The notes: generated from the letters alone by a model not told the origin. A stretch of 63,892 nt of DNA, filler included, from Choristocarpus tenellus KU-1152 (GCA_964200185.2; 12 parts of 12 records of this genome joined end to end with filler, not necessarily neighbours in it); one strand, 5' to 3'. Positions 13,201 through 26,762 are shown, numbered from the whole stretch's first letter. Translations and numbers: made by a program.

Positions 13201-13756
13201 TTGTGTTGCTCATCACCATTCTTATGAACAGTGTCTATCACATGCGCACATGCCAGATGGGCATTTGCCAATCTATTTCCAGACACGCCTCTTCCTCAAC
13301 CAAATATATCATCACTCCAACCTATGACATACTAAAATAAAGTGCTGGAAGGTACGTTTCGCAAACATTCGTCGATACATCCTCCAATCCTTACGACAGG
13401 ATATCTATCCACGGGATCGTTTTTGCATATTTGGCAGAATAAGGAAGAGAGTCACGAGCATAAGGGACTTGAAACAGTGGTGTTTTGCAACACATTTTAA
13501 AGCCCCCTATGGACATAATGGACGCAAACACCCCCTCCCAGGTAGGACAAGGTGCCTCTATTGTTCCTCAAAGTCATACTCCAGACTGTATCAGACCTCT
13601 TATTCTTGCCTCCATTTCTTAGTCGTTTCTTCAATATCTTTGTTAATATATGTGATGCAATGCTAAATTTGAAGTGCTTGTAGGGTGGTGAGACTTACAT
13701 CCATTCCAAGGTGCTCATGTGGGAGAATTGCGTCCTCAAATTACATCTAGTACGTA

Positions 13757-14567
13757 CCTCACGCCAATATGTCGGTATTGACTGATTTTATCCACAATCT
13801 CGATCTCGAAGGTAGCAAACTTGTCTAGAATCTCTAGAAGGGGGGGGAGAGTGAGAACACAATGATGTTCACGATATGACATGATCACAATGAAAATCAG
13901 AGAAGAATGTTAGAAGATGGGCTGAACGATGGATATGAACTTAGCCTATCCATCCACAAAATGGACAGTTTCGCCTCATATATGTCCATGCATCGTAACA
14001 CCTACCTACACCCTCTTATCCCATTGTAGACCTTAGAGATAGGATGCGGTTGCTTTGCTAGTTGTACTAACTGACGTGTAAACATCAGGTTGGACGTTTG
14101 CTCTGATTGAGGACCAGTGTGTTTCTTTGGGAGAGAGGTCCAAATAACAACCCACCGTAGTAGTTAGATCATCCACATGCATGTATAGCTAACACGTAAC
14201 TCTGTGGCTCTACTAGAACCTGTGTTATGAATGAACGGGATTAGTGCATCTTGCTTTCTTGCACGAACACCTTGGGAGTGATCGAGGCATTGAGAGTCGA
14301 AATCAACTCTTGTTATTCAAAGAATACGCGGTGAAAGTACATTTTGCAAGGATTAAGTCTAGAATCAAAAGGGCAAGAAGAAACAGTGTGCCCACCAAGA
14401 CTGTCTTCGAATTATACCTTCGATGGCGCCGACAACAAGTGGTAGATCCTCAAACACCATCTCCCCTCCAATACCAGGTGGCAGCACCGCGTCGACGCTC
14501 CACTTTCGCAGACTGTTACCCCGGCGTTACCCTCTGGCATGAAAACAGGATCGTGTTCAGTGCTCAT
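13757..14567 (-). CDS. Possible CFAP20-domain-like gene fragments; gene model unresolved, possible frameshift
   Basis: Minus-strand pieces SLRKWSVDAVLPPGIGGEMVFEDLPLVVGAIE|gt and ag|ILDKFATFEIEIVDKISQYRHIGVR|gt resemble CFAP20 (KYFTFEVQVLD). The upstream frame is not open. Confidence 0.35.
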
Positions 14568-14760
14568 TGCGAGAAATTACTGCAAACAGTGGTTGCAGTA
14601 ACCTTTCAGCTGATGTGTCATGTGCTTTCTAGTCTTCCTGACAAAATTGTGTTGGAACTGATGAAACGGTTTTCGATACGCCTCCCCAATTTCGTGTTTG
14701 ACCGAGGTTGTCTTGCGCGACTACCATCGCAATAGCAGTAAGTTGTGGGTCATCGTGACT

Positions 14761-17004
14761 ATGGCGGACTTTTTCGAGGTGTGGCGAACGCGGGGGGGAG
14801 TTGTGGATAGACTCAAACTCATGCTGAAAGAGCGAGATGAGGCAACCGAAAGGGAGGTCATTGCAGCAACGGATGTGGAAAGGGTTTTCCGAGGAAAGGT
14901 AAAGGTACCATACAAGATAGTCTGTTACATTAGAGTATTGGCCCTAGCATTTGGTAAGATGGATAGAAAGAGTATGTACCTCTATAGCATGGAACTAGCC
15001 TTCAACCCCTACATACGATAGGAGTCCATTCCCTATTGTGTTGCCTGGTGGAACCTGGAATATTTTCACCAGGTCGTCAGGGACGACATCAGGTGGAAAA
15101 CGGAGAATGTTATCCGCATCACACGGTGTTTCCGAGGCTATCGAGGGAGGGTGAGAGCTCTGCAAGCGAAGCAAGAGAAGATAGAAAGGTGCACCTTTCC
15201 TTGCAAAATCAGTGTTCTAGATCGTGTTTTGCACATAATCACGTTTATTGCACTTACTCTGTAGTGTGCCATCCTTTGTCGATACTGTGCCCACAGTTTA
15301 AGTGCGTATCTTTTCTGAACTTCCACCTTGTGAGAGAATTTAAACTATGCCCATCTTGTGTCTACATCCAACGCAATGCTCACTCACCTCCTTCGTAAAA
15401 CTTGTTAGGCAATCAACTCCTGGCACCACAGTTGAGTCATCCTGCTTCAAGTACAATGAACAATCTGTAAGATCTGCAGGCAGGACAGTAATCTTGCCCT
15501 TAAGTACTCATATCAGATGCATCCATGCTGAACCTGATGTTCAAGAGTATCTTATATAGGCATTCGTCTTTATCATCATCTTATTTCAAAGCTTACGTAG
15601 TAAATCGCAACTTCCAGGGTGAACTTGGCGGTATTCCACTACCATGCTTTGGTAATTCAGGGAATCTTCCGGGGCTATCAAAGTCGAAAGTACAACTACA
15701 ACCATGCCCGAAGGAAGACATATCTACAAGCAGTGAGTTCCGAGGATATTGGAGTTTCTTCACTGTCCATAATATATATGTATATAAAATTATTCCTGTG
15801 GGGAGGAGCACATTTGCAATTTGATATTGGCATACAATAATAATAAGTGCAAAGTGCCAACGAAAGAGTATCTGAAAGTGGTGAGTTCCTTGGATGTTGG
15901 AGTATTTTCCAGGGTTTTTCATGACGATGGTTTGGGTCATGACTGCGGGGGGGGGGCATGACCTGGACATAACGAAATAATTGATAGCCCTGTACTGACC
16001 CTATCTCAATATATTGTTACCAGGCCGTTCTATGGTTCGGTTGAGTTGAAATAGCTGACAGTCATTGAGTTAAAAGTGTTTTAACAAACTCGGCAAAGCC
16101 ATTACATATCCAAATGATAACAAATACGTGTGGGAATTAATGTGCTTTTTTATGGTCCCCTCAACCACCCTTCAGACCAGGTAGATTCTGTTGACAACTA
16201 ACACTGCACCCTCAGAGTATTGAGTTGGTAGTACTATTGCGTGTATCAACTTCTCATGACATAGCTGAAGTACCTCTATCACAAAGAAGTATCTGCCGCA
16301 GACCCATCTCAATTTTTGGCTACTACTTTGCCCTATCGTAACAAAGGTGATTGATACTGGGGAAAATATACGGTCTGTTCTGGGTGAGCATGAGCAGCAC
16401 CTCAAGGAGTATGGTCGTTCCCAAGCAGAGCAAGCATATAAAAAGGAACTGATGGTGAGAAGGTCTCCTCATAAGTACATGACTCTGGGCAATAAGAAAA
16501 ATGGACGTTTATTCAAACCTTTTAATATCAACTAGATGAACTCTACTCAGGATCACCTCACAAACACTTCAATTGAATGATAGTCCTCAATAGAAATATG
16601 CTGGAGTTAAAGGACACTGAAAATATAGTTCCAACATGGCGAAACTACCTTGATTGCATAGTGAAACTCTCCAATATCCGGTCCTATGTATTTTGCTTTA
16701 CAACACTACCATACGACTCTAGAACCCTGCATGCGGAGCACCCTGTCTGTGTGATCGATGAGATTGCAAAACATTAAAAACCCCATACTGCATCCCCCAT
16801 TGCCTGCAAACCCTTTCTCTGAATCATTGGTCTCATTCCGCTGGCCTTCTAGGGGGTCACTGAAAACCTCCATCACCTGGTGAGCACAAAAAGCATACCA
16901 GGTGTCTTCAACTCTCCGCATATGAGAAATGCAGGATGTGTGCCAACAATAAGGGGTGTGGAAGTGGATGAGCACCTCACGACTAGTGTCAAGGATCTAT
17001 TAAG
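14761..17004 (+). CDS. SPATA17: SPATA17-like IQ-motif flagellar protein, 3' partial; exons 14761-14898, 15073-15188, 15618-15732, 16347-16454, 16853-17004
   Basis: Five phase-consistent GT-AG exons give three IQ motifs (VERVFRGKVVR, ITRCFRGYRGR, IQGIFRGYQSRKY) and the SPATA17 signature HHLVSTKSIPGVFNSP. Confidence 0.88.
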
Positions 17005-17444
17005 GTATGAAAAAATGGGGAGATGTCTGACATAGTGTATTGTAGCATTCCCAGACTCTATAGTAGGACTCCAGAGTACATATCATGTGATGCCAGAAAT
17101 TTTCTTGTGTTTTTCTTGTATAGATATACTGCACAGAGTGAAAGTATTTTAGAGGGTACGATTTTTTCCCTGTTTGTCCGTTTGGGACTTGGCTTCCCAT
17201 GGGTTTCTTTGTCACATTTTCCTACTCCAAAATGTTTCAGAGAGTAGGTAAAATGTGTATGTTATGAAAAGGTGTGTCCAGAACAAGGATATTGACACTT
17301 CCTAAGGCCCAAAGTATCTGGGGGGGNNNNNNNNNNNNNNNNNNNNNNNNNNNNNNNNNNNNNNNNNNNNTTAATTAATTAANNNNNNNNNNNNNNNNNN
17401 NNNNNNNNNNNNNNNNNNNNNNNNNNGTGTTAGAGCCTTAACTA

Positions 17445-18200
17445 TCACTTTCCCTTGTTGAGCGCCGGAAGTGGGTATTGTCCGTGTTTTCTGGACAGGT
17501 GGTATTTTATCATCAAGGCGCAAGGGTGAGGGAGGACAGGCTCGAGCTGATCGAAAATTGTGTTGATTTCTCGAATGGATGCAGGCTGGGAGAAAGCCTT
17601 AATCAACTTTATACGTCCAACCCCAAGTCCAGGGAAAAAGTGAATGTACGGCATCTTCAAAAAATGGGAGACACCAAACCATTGGTGTGCAAATAGTCCC
17701 AATCTCACCTCCTCTTCTTCCCTGGCGACCTTGTTGATGCCTACCTCCACCTGCTTTGCGACCTCTTCTAAGGACTTTGTGGTATCGAAAGGTCTCCACA
17801 GCTGCTTTGTTTCGATCGCTTTCTCCTCCATCTTGCGAGCCCTTTCGACCCTTCTTTCGGGCTTCAGAGCCCTTGTAGCCCAACCCCAACACCTTCTTTC
17901 TTGTTTCCTTAAGTCAATCTGGCTTGCACAGCTTCCAGACAACCAGGGCCTGCTGCAACTGTCGACTACTAAGATAACCTACTCCCGGGTTTTCGCTTAG
18001 GCGTTTCCTGAGTGCAATGGCACACAGTCGCACTGCTCTCTTCCCCAACCTTCCCTTCGGCAGGCCACCCCGGTTCTCCCTTTACCTCCCGTGACCAGGT
18101 TTCCCCATAGACTTCGTCACTGTACCACCTGGTAATGGACTCGCCGCTCTCTTCCTACTTTCCCCAGGTGGCAGAGACTGCAGAGCAGTGCTCCGACATG
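17445..18200 (-). pseudogene. Intronless degenerate ORF of unknown, probably transposon-derived, protein
   Basis: A 165-codon open stretch (EEVAKQVEVGINKVAREEEE...MPYIHFFPGLG) has disrupted upstream frames and no recognisable motif. Confidence 0.35.
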
Positions 18201-21200
18201 GTTGAAGATCCAACCACGTTTATGTGGTAGTGCTTTTAGCGCATCTTCTCTCAGCGTTAGCGTCGCGGCCCTGTGGTCCATTTCGCAATTTGATTATGCT
18301 GCTGTGCCACACTACTTGCACTTTCTCGCCACCTAACATCGCACTGAGTGTCACAAGGTACTTGCTTTTTCCGTCGCCTCACTACAGAGAAGGTGCCGAG
18401 GGTAGATCCAGGGGGCAGAGTGGGCTCGGCGGCTCTCCTTGTCTCACCGTCGTGGTTTATGTTGCTGTGTAAGTCACGCGCGTGTGTGCTCGCAGAAAGT
18501 CTGCAAAAGGCCTTAAAAAGATGTCCAGATGTCCGGAAATCAGGACATTTTTTTTCGGTATCCCGACACCGACCAAACTTGGGCAGCGACGTGCCCCGGA
18601 CCAGTTTTTTGGAAGGAGTTCAGCCAACTACTTCATTATAGTCCGTTTTGAAGTCGCGACCTTCAAAATTGCACCGGAGATATTCCACCGCGTTTTTTCC
18701 ATTCTTTGATCGGAACATAACTCCCGTTCCCCAAAGCCTGGACATTCGTACATATAAACCTTCAAAAGCTCTTGTCATACCCTTTCATTTGATATATACA
18801 TTGTTGTATAACTGTTGTGGCGTTTCGGTGAAAAAAACTACGATTACCACTTAGGAACAGTAAAAAATAGGAGGGTGATGTTCGTAGATAGTGCTGCTGA
18901 TACACTATAGACACCACCGGTGGAATAGATTAGGAAAGGTAGAAACCACCGTTGGAGTAGTGGAGGTAAGGTTGAGCCAGATATATGATTCCGTATATTT
19001 CAGTTGAGTTCCACCCAACGTTCGTGTATTGTAGGGACCTGATATTAGATTATCCGTTGATGTATCATATGTATGGTACATATATGATACGTAGATTATT
19101 TTCGGATTATCCATGTATGTGGTAGTCTGCACCTGTCTCATCCCACAAGTTCAGTGGAATTGAGACCACAAGCCTCTTATAATATTATATTGTCCTCTAT
19201 CAAGGCACACACAGCCGCGGGTCCAGTGTGGAATATTTCAACAGGTCGGCACTACCTCCTTGCGGAAATCAACGTGTACGGAGTGAGGGAGTGAGATGAG
19301 TTTAAATTCCGTGATCTGTAGTGTGCAATATTAGCAACTCTGTTATCAATCAGGACGTTCATGGGTCGCAATTCTTTCATAGGATCCATTTCCACGGAAT
19401 ACTCTAGTCGTTTTTTCGTTTTTTTTCGGTAAGCCCCTAACATCCACCGTCAAGACAGCATCACTGGATGGTCTGAAATTTAAGTGATCCAGAAAACGCC
19501 GCAGGACACATATTTGCCTTGTAAAGTCGTAACTTGCTGTCCAGAACAACGCCCGCCTTCATCTGTTTGATTACTAATATTTTTCACACATCACTTGGTT
19601 CATTTTCTCAAACCTGTGGCCACCAAAGGTGGTATAGCAGAGAAAACAAAAAATCGAGAAAATAGTAGAAGAATGAAGAAAAAATGATGCATGAAGGACA
19701 AAAATGCGTCTACAACAACACTTCCTTGCTCACAGCCAAGATGTTAAGAGAAAACGCTCAGTAACAAGTTTGCCCATATTTTGTCTGCTGTGAGTCAAAC
19801 CTATCTAGAGGTAGGTAGATCTTGACCCTTTTGCATTCCAACCCATCTTACTTACCCTGTACAATACATTCTATTTCATTCCTTTGCGCGCACAATAGTT
19901 TGCCAAAATGGATTTCCTCCTTTCCACACATAAAGTGACAGCACAATTCAACAAATGGTCTTTCTGCACTTGTACAAAATGGTATATTTTCCTTTTCTCA
20001 GGATTCTTGAAATGTAACCCTGCCTACCTCTCAGTTGGTTTGACTCTGTTCACCAATAATGCTTGGAGGTGTTTGCTTTGGAATGCCTGTTATCTTGTAT
20101 GACAGTTAAGGCCATTTGTTCTATGTATCCATGGACAAAGCTCTGCATCATTTGGTCTGAAACATATGTTGTTCTGCAAACCGTCAAGTCCATTACTTGC
20201 TCTGTACCGCCTGTTCTTGTGAAGTAAAGGCTCGGGGCCAACTGCTGTTCATCGACAATTGTCTAGGAAAGTCTAGATCGTATTCAATGCTCAAAACATA
20301 TAGTTGCCTTATGAACGGCCGATTTCAAAAATTGAGGATGGAGCTTTTCATTTAGGATGGGCTTGACCCAAAATTGACTGGGATAAAGTATCGATATGTA
20401 TTTTTTATTAAATNNNNNNNNNNNNNNNNNNNNNNNNNNNNNNNNNNNNNNNNNNNNTTAATTAATTAANNNNNNNNNNNNNNNNNNNNNNNNNNNNNNN
20501 NNNNNNNNNNNNNCAAAACAACGTTCCTCATAGTCCCGCTCCTCCCTCAATTTTGCGAATCCCCTGTTCTCTGTATCACTCTTAACTCAATTATAAGCAG
20601 GTCGAACTCGATGGTTTGGGTCGGGGCTTGGTAAATGGGACTCCAACCTTGACGGCAGTTTCCTCTTTTTTCTCTTATGATTACAAACTGGACTCAAACT
20701 ACCCACAGCTCTACTATCGCAATACTATTAATGTTGTATGTAGTCACCTTGATCGATCAATGTAGTAAAGAATTAAAAAGGGATGGCCACGTTATTATTA
20801 TGACTTTTTGTGGAGGAAGAGGAAATATATTACTAGAAATATTATTATTTATGCTGTAAATAAAAACCTTGTTCTTTCAAGATCTAGGATAAGATTTCGC
20901 AGTGATACTTTTGCGGTGTAGAGAAGTACGAGAACACTGGCTGACCAGAAAAGATGCCTCCAGTTTTTTTTGTTCGGTTTTGTTGCCCTCTGCTCTTTGT
21001 ATCCACCCCGTAAGATGTGTTCACCTTCAAAATTTCACCAGGTTAGTAGTAGTATATACTTGGTAGTACTGAGTATATATATATACCGTTTGGAGTGCTA
21101 CATATTTTCTCATGTACCCTTGGACAGTTGTTGAAGGGGATTGTTGATCACCATTTTGCTCACTCACAACTAGCAAGACCAGAGTTTGTATTACAACAAA

Positions 21201-22301
21201 AGGGATGTTTACAATTGTAATGCTAAGAAAGTACCTTGTTATGATACTTTATTTAGTATACTCATCGCACCTTTCTCTTCCTTGAGCCACACAGTGACTA
21301 GGCCCTCATTAAGACTGCGTTAACATAATATGCTACTACTTGTGGAGAGCAAAGTCACCATGGGATTATTGATGATAGGATGGAAAGTGGCCTTCCTTAG
21401 TGAAGAACTAGCACAAAGCACATTGATAGTAATACAGCAGTACTGCCGTCAACATTACAAAGGACTCTGTACGTAGATAGTACTCTGAAGTGCTCGAAAG
21501 TACCATTCAGGTAAGTGTTTATGCACTATATATATATTACCAAGTTTATCACATCATGCCTGTTTTTTGATAAAACCGTTAAGATAAAAAGTATAATGAA
21601 CAAACCTAATAATTTCTTTTCTCGAAGAGACCTTGTTCGTCTATTATGAAACGATAGAATCTTCGGTTAAAAATAGATGGACTAGAAAATTTTCGACTAA
21701 ACTCAATTAAATTGCTGTGTGTACGAGGCAACGAACTCGAAACGTGTGTTGGTCACCAAGTGAGTGTCACATGATGTTGCGATTCAACTGGCCCCTGCCT
21801 GGAATGAGGCCTTTCCAGAATCGCAAAAATTTTATCTGCAATCTTTCCCCATCACCAGAGGCACAATCTTTTGCAGTATCTGAGACAAAGTAGAGCTCCA
21901 TTGCTCAGTTGAGTCTTGCTTAAGCAAGACTGAAGAATATGTGGGTGGGGTTTACGAGGAATATCAAAGATGGATTCATCCTGATATATTCACTAATTTT
22001 ACACCTATTATCGTTTGCTTTACTATTATCTAGTGCAGGGTATTCGGCCATAGCATTCTTGAGATGTCACTGAAGGAGAGACGAAGGTACTACTACATGT
22101 CACGTAATATACTCATAGTACAAGAGAACACAGACAGGACAGACGTAACAAACCACACAGCTTATATATATATATATATATATTTATGTCTATATTGCCC
22201 ACAACTGCTCGGAGTACGTTTCTTATTCGCGGTGTTCCACCTCATTTCCATGCACGACCTGGCCTTCCTCATGATCATAATTCACACGTGGGAGGGCACA
22301 C

Positions 22302-22414
22302 CTGACAGTTGGATCCTCAAACTCTCCAACCCCAAACAACGCCTCAATGAATGTGTATGAGTTGTGAGTTGAGAGTAGTGACACCTTGTTGTAGTGTGTG
22401 CCTTTGTGCCGCAA
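22302..22414 (-). CDS. Single exon of a possible PI-PLC X-domain protein
   Basis: ag|LRHKGTHYNKVSLLSTHNSYTF...|gt; NK...THNS(Y/F) resembles the first catalytic His motif of PI-PLC-like proteins. Other exons were not resolved. Confidence 0.35.
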
Positions 22415-23569
22415 CTAGGATGTATGACCCCTCGTGTCGGTTTTGTAGGTCTCTGATAAAAAAAACTAAAAGAGACTGAAAAATGGTAACTTTTCCAGTT
22501 ATGATTTCGACAATTCTCACTTGATTAAACTAAAGCTGATTGAGCTGTCCCAATTCACACCACTAAAATATATTACTACTTCATTAGTATGATCATATTT
22601 ATGGTATCTATAATATACTACTGATACTAAGTATAATATACACATAATCCTACTTGGTGTATGCTATTACTGTACTTCAAGCTCCACACCACTTCTAGAT
22701 TCTCTGCCATGGGGGAGAAGTGTCGCCCAGTTACATGCGGCTCTTTCAGCTTCAACTTTCTGTGCTGACTGGCATCCCTACCTTGAACATTTTGGAGGCA
22801 TGGGGATGTTAGAGCTGGGGTTTCAAATGGACTTGAGCGTTCTCTACTGGATGTCTGCCTCAGAAACGAGTGTGGGAAGTGGGCAATCAGCCTGGATGGC
22901 AAGAATGCTTTCAATAGTGTGGGTTGCTAAGCTCTCCTCAAGGCTCTCCTTTATGTCCTAACAGGACTTCTCCCCTATGTGGTGAAGGTATATAGGGGTA
23001 CATATGACCTTCTTTTTCCCCAAGATAGGGCGGGAATGGAAGTCATGCATTAAATGATGGGGGCATAACAAGGAAGCGTTGATTGTTGATATAAGCTGCT
23101 TCATCAGGATGTGGTGTTCATTAACTCTGTGCAGATTTGGCTGAAGTCCCACCAACATCAAAATGAGAAAGGTTTTGTGGGAACTACCCTGTGGGAACAT
23201 GTACATATACTATTGTAGCCTCCATGTGTTGTGTTCTACCAAATTGCTGTTGTTTCGTCGTTGTTGTTGCTGTCACCACTTCAGTCTGAGGGACGCCAGA
23301 CATTCAATGGAAAACTTAGTCCAAAGAAGGCAATACATACTCCTTGAGAAAAGGCAACAAATACGATACAAGATAAACAAAAGAGTGTGAGAAACAGTAA
23401 AGAAAAAGAAAGATGAAAATGGTGGAAAAGAAAGGATAGAACTCACACGAGAAAAAAAGCAGCATCTACGTATTACCCCAAAACATCATAAGAGTGAAGA
23501 GGAAAAAGGGGAACTATGGATGCAAGAACATAAACTCAGATAAGAGAATGTGATGAGAAAACAGCATTC

Positions 23570-24285
23570 AGCAGACAGTGATGGTCTTGGTATTGGTGAC
23601 TTGGGCGATCTTAGCTTCTGCTTAGGCATAATGCACATTAGCTATCACAGCTTCATTAGAATGCCACTTTGCCATGAAGCTCATTGTACCATCAGCCACA
23701 CACTCAAACCACTTCTGTTGATTACTGGCCTTAGCTAGTGCTCCAACCTCCATTCCAATCCCAAATTTTTCATGGTCATCTCGGAGGCATGTTTACCAGT
23801 TCTCATCCTCCTGTCCATCTTGCTTCCATTTTCCAGCCACAGGCTCCTAGAAAACCAACAGCTTAGGAAATTGCTCATCCCCCATACGTGCACCTGACCT
23901 AGCAAATAGGAGTCTTCATTTCTGCACAGTTCTCTCGATTCTTTCATATCCAGTCTCCACGACAACATTTTTGTAGGACAGGACATGATCCCAGATACAG
24001 AACAGAGGACACCTTGCTGTGAGGTGGGCAATCAAATGCTGTCTGTAGGTTTGCATTCGCCATTGTGCAGGCCAACAAATATTATAATGATGATGCTGTT
24101 TGTTGAGCTCATTATGAGTCATACATGGTGTCCAGTCTTCCTCCTTTCTCACCAGATGTTAATGACTTGATGGGTTCCTCTTGGTATGATTCACTTGACA
24201 CCGTAAAGCAGAGACCATAAAATATTGCCAGATGGTATGACAAGTCTTTCCCATGCACAGCCTTTGTTGCATTTCGAGTGTTAGC
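23570..24285 (-). pseudogene. RTE-like LINE, 3' end of the RT ORF (degenerate); related copies at about 27100-27400 and 60720-61120
   Basis: KWFECVADGTMSFMAKWH and RR(V/L)LF...GEL...GQEK.W motifs; nucleotide block GACCTAGCAAATAGGA is shared at about 23896 and 27356. Confidence 0.7.
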
Positions 24286-24292
24286 GGGTAGG

Positions 24293-24474
24293 GGCTCAAA
24301 GTATCTTGGGGGCAGGGGGGGTCTACACCAGGGTGTCCAATGGGCCCTAACCAGGAGAAGTGCAATACATTATCCACCCGACTCATGCAACCAAATTCAC
24401 CCAAAAATCACAACATGGAAAATTTGCCCCAAATGGACAGCGGCCACCCCCCCCCCCCCCAAATACTTTGAGTC
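24293..24474 (+). mobile_element. MITE family A, complete copy
   Basis: TIR is GGCTCAAAGTATCTTGGGG...CCCCAAATACTTTGAGTC with TAG(G) on both flanks and an internal inverted repeat TGTCCA(A/T)TGGG / CCCAAATGGACA. Other copies: 25321-25433, 25534-26247, 36668-36835, 46224-46392, 63794-63892; stubs at about 17306, 41290 and 61135. Confidence 0.88.
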
Positions 24475-24549
24475 TAGGTGTGTGCTGAAACATATCTGAA
24501 CGGATCACTACTTTTCAGAGGTAAATCACTCAACTTGAGCTAGCTAAAC

Positions 24550-25290
24550 ACGCCTATATATAAGTGTGCAATATTTCACCATCAAAACAAAGAGGAAGGA
24601 GATAAATTCCTTACAGCTATTTAGCACGTTGCCATGGCAAGCATATTATCATAGCACAAACGCATGGACCGATCTTTCCACCATTCCCATCTGCGTTGGA
24701 AATAATTCTGCTCTCAACAAAACTATCTAACCCTAATTGTACTGGTGGTATCATGACGTCCTTGATCTCCATTACTGTAGCTCTACACACAATGTGTGGC
24801 TGCTCTGCCTTTGACGTTGTCGTACAAAAACTAATGATTTAAATACAGGCAGGGTACCAACCAAGAGCCAGTTTCTCAATACCACTCTACTATAGCCATG
24901 TAAAGAGCCTTTGATCCAATCACTGGATGTATGCAACTGTGCCACTGGCAATATGCTCACTCAATCGTATCTATCCGGATTTCTGCTGGGACAAGAGTTG
25001 TTGTCATTGTCTGATAGGACCGGGGAAACTTTGCAAAGGTCGATGTAGAGAGAGAAATACCGACTCAAATATAGTCTCTCTGGTATCATATTTACTCGAC
25101 GCCGTGCCTTTCAATAATACCAACAACGGTGACAGCAGCAAAACACCTGTCAAGTCAGCGTTTGAGATAGGTTTGCCATTTAGCCGGCAGCATGGAATGA
25201 CTTGCGGAAAGTGCATGACTCTGTTGACCGTGATCTCCTGTGAGGGCTGCTTGCCAAGTTTGAAGTGTTTGAGAAGATGATCAGTTATCC
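24550..25290 (-). pseudogene. Ty1/Copia RT-RNase H remnant
   Basis: Degenerate (A)YTSSDW, CTTTSKAE (cf. STTEAEY) and CYDN (cf. DNQ) motifs occur in Copia order; many stops. Confidence 0.55.
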
Positions 25291-25695
25291 GCCACTTTCA
25301 TGATGGACTGCGGTCATGTTGGCTCCCAAAGTATCTGGGCTGTGGGGGGGAGTCTATACCAGGGTGTCCATTTGGGCAAACATCACGAAAAGTGCATTTA
25401 CATTATCCATCCGACGTATGCAACCAAATCACCNNNNNNNNNNNNNNNNNNNNNNNNNNNNNNNNNNNNNNNNNNNNTTAATTAATTAANNNNNNNNNNN
25501 NNNNNNNNNNNNNNNNNNNNNNNNNNNNNNNNNGGCAGAGGGGGGGGGGGGGGGGGGACGGGGGGGGTCTACATCAGGGTGTCCATTTGGATCATGACCA
25601 GGAATAGTGCACTTACATTATCCATCCGAAGTATGCAACCAAATCACACAAAAATCGCGACATGATATAATTGGCCCCAAATGGACAGCCGCCAC

Positions 25696-26221
25696 TGTTA
25701 CAGGCGAATAGCGCGAGCATTTCTTCCCATGTTTTAGCAAACACGAACATTTTTTAGTGACAGATGTGTAGTGTGAGGATTGTTTCTCGCGTCCTAACAA
25801 GTGCGAACAATATACGATATTAGTAACACATAGGTAGCCTTACAGAGTAAATGTTGATTTGATAGGAGATGCAGAGTAAGATGTGAAATTCAAACATAGT
25901 CTTATAGAATAGATTTCAATTCCTGGATATTTATGATTGAAGTATCCACTTAGCAGTTTGCAGACTTCATTTAAGTCTTTGGCTGTAGAAAAATGGTGGA
26001 TGATGCTAATAGAAGGCGGATGCGGATCACCACGCCCTCAGTTCTTTTTGATATACCTCTTTTGATAAAGCGAAAAGCAAGACATTGACTGAGCTAAACA
26101 TCAAGCTGACACCGTACGTGGTTATCATCTGTGGACCCCCCTCGTAGCGTCGTCTTAAGATCGTTGGATTTGAGTTGCATATATATCCTGTGGAGGTGAG
26201 TTCTGAGGGGCGCCAGTAACA
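25696..26221. mobile_element. Solo LTR inserted in a MITE A copy
   Basis: Termini are TGTTACAG...CAGTAACA with 4-bp TSD CCAC; homologous to 289-772; the MITE A end resumes after it. Confidence 0.85.
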
Positions 26222-26762
26222 CCACCCCCCTACAGTTTCTTTGAATCATGGTTTTCAGCGATTTTCATTTTTTTGGCAATTCAACCGAACCTTTCCACAT
26301 TTGCTAATTCAACACAATGTTATTTGCGACAAGATTTCTCTGCGCCAACGGACAGCATTTGGTCTCAGCTTTAATTTGATGTGCTGATCACCGATCAGGA
26401 TGCCTTACATCACCTCGAAATTAATCAAGACCAGTTTTATCCTAGAGGCGACTGCCAATACTATATAAGTATTGCTTTCCTCACAAATTCTGGATATTGC
26501 CCCTATTCCTCTCCACCTGTCCACAACCCCTCGACTTGGGCTGTGCCTCTGTCCTTTACTTCTGGACTTGCCCCCAACATCCCATCTCATGCCCCACCTG
26601 CCATGCCCCGGCCCATCTACTTGGAGAGAGCCATGTCGTATTGAGGTCGAGGGGGATTCCAGTGGTGGTAGTGTTTCACAGGGGAGTCTAAAGGAAGAGA
26701 TCACGATGATATGGGTGTGTCTCTCAAGGAACGACAGCAACAAAATAATCAAATTCGATATT

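Noticed and set aside
14244-14735. 163-aa plus-strand ORF upstream of SPATA17
   Set aside because: No ATG start or recognisable motif; overlaps better-supported minus-strand exon-like sequence.
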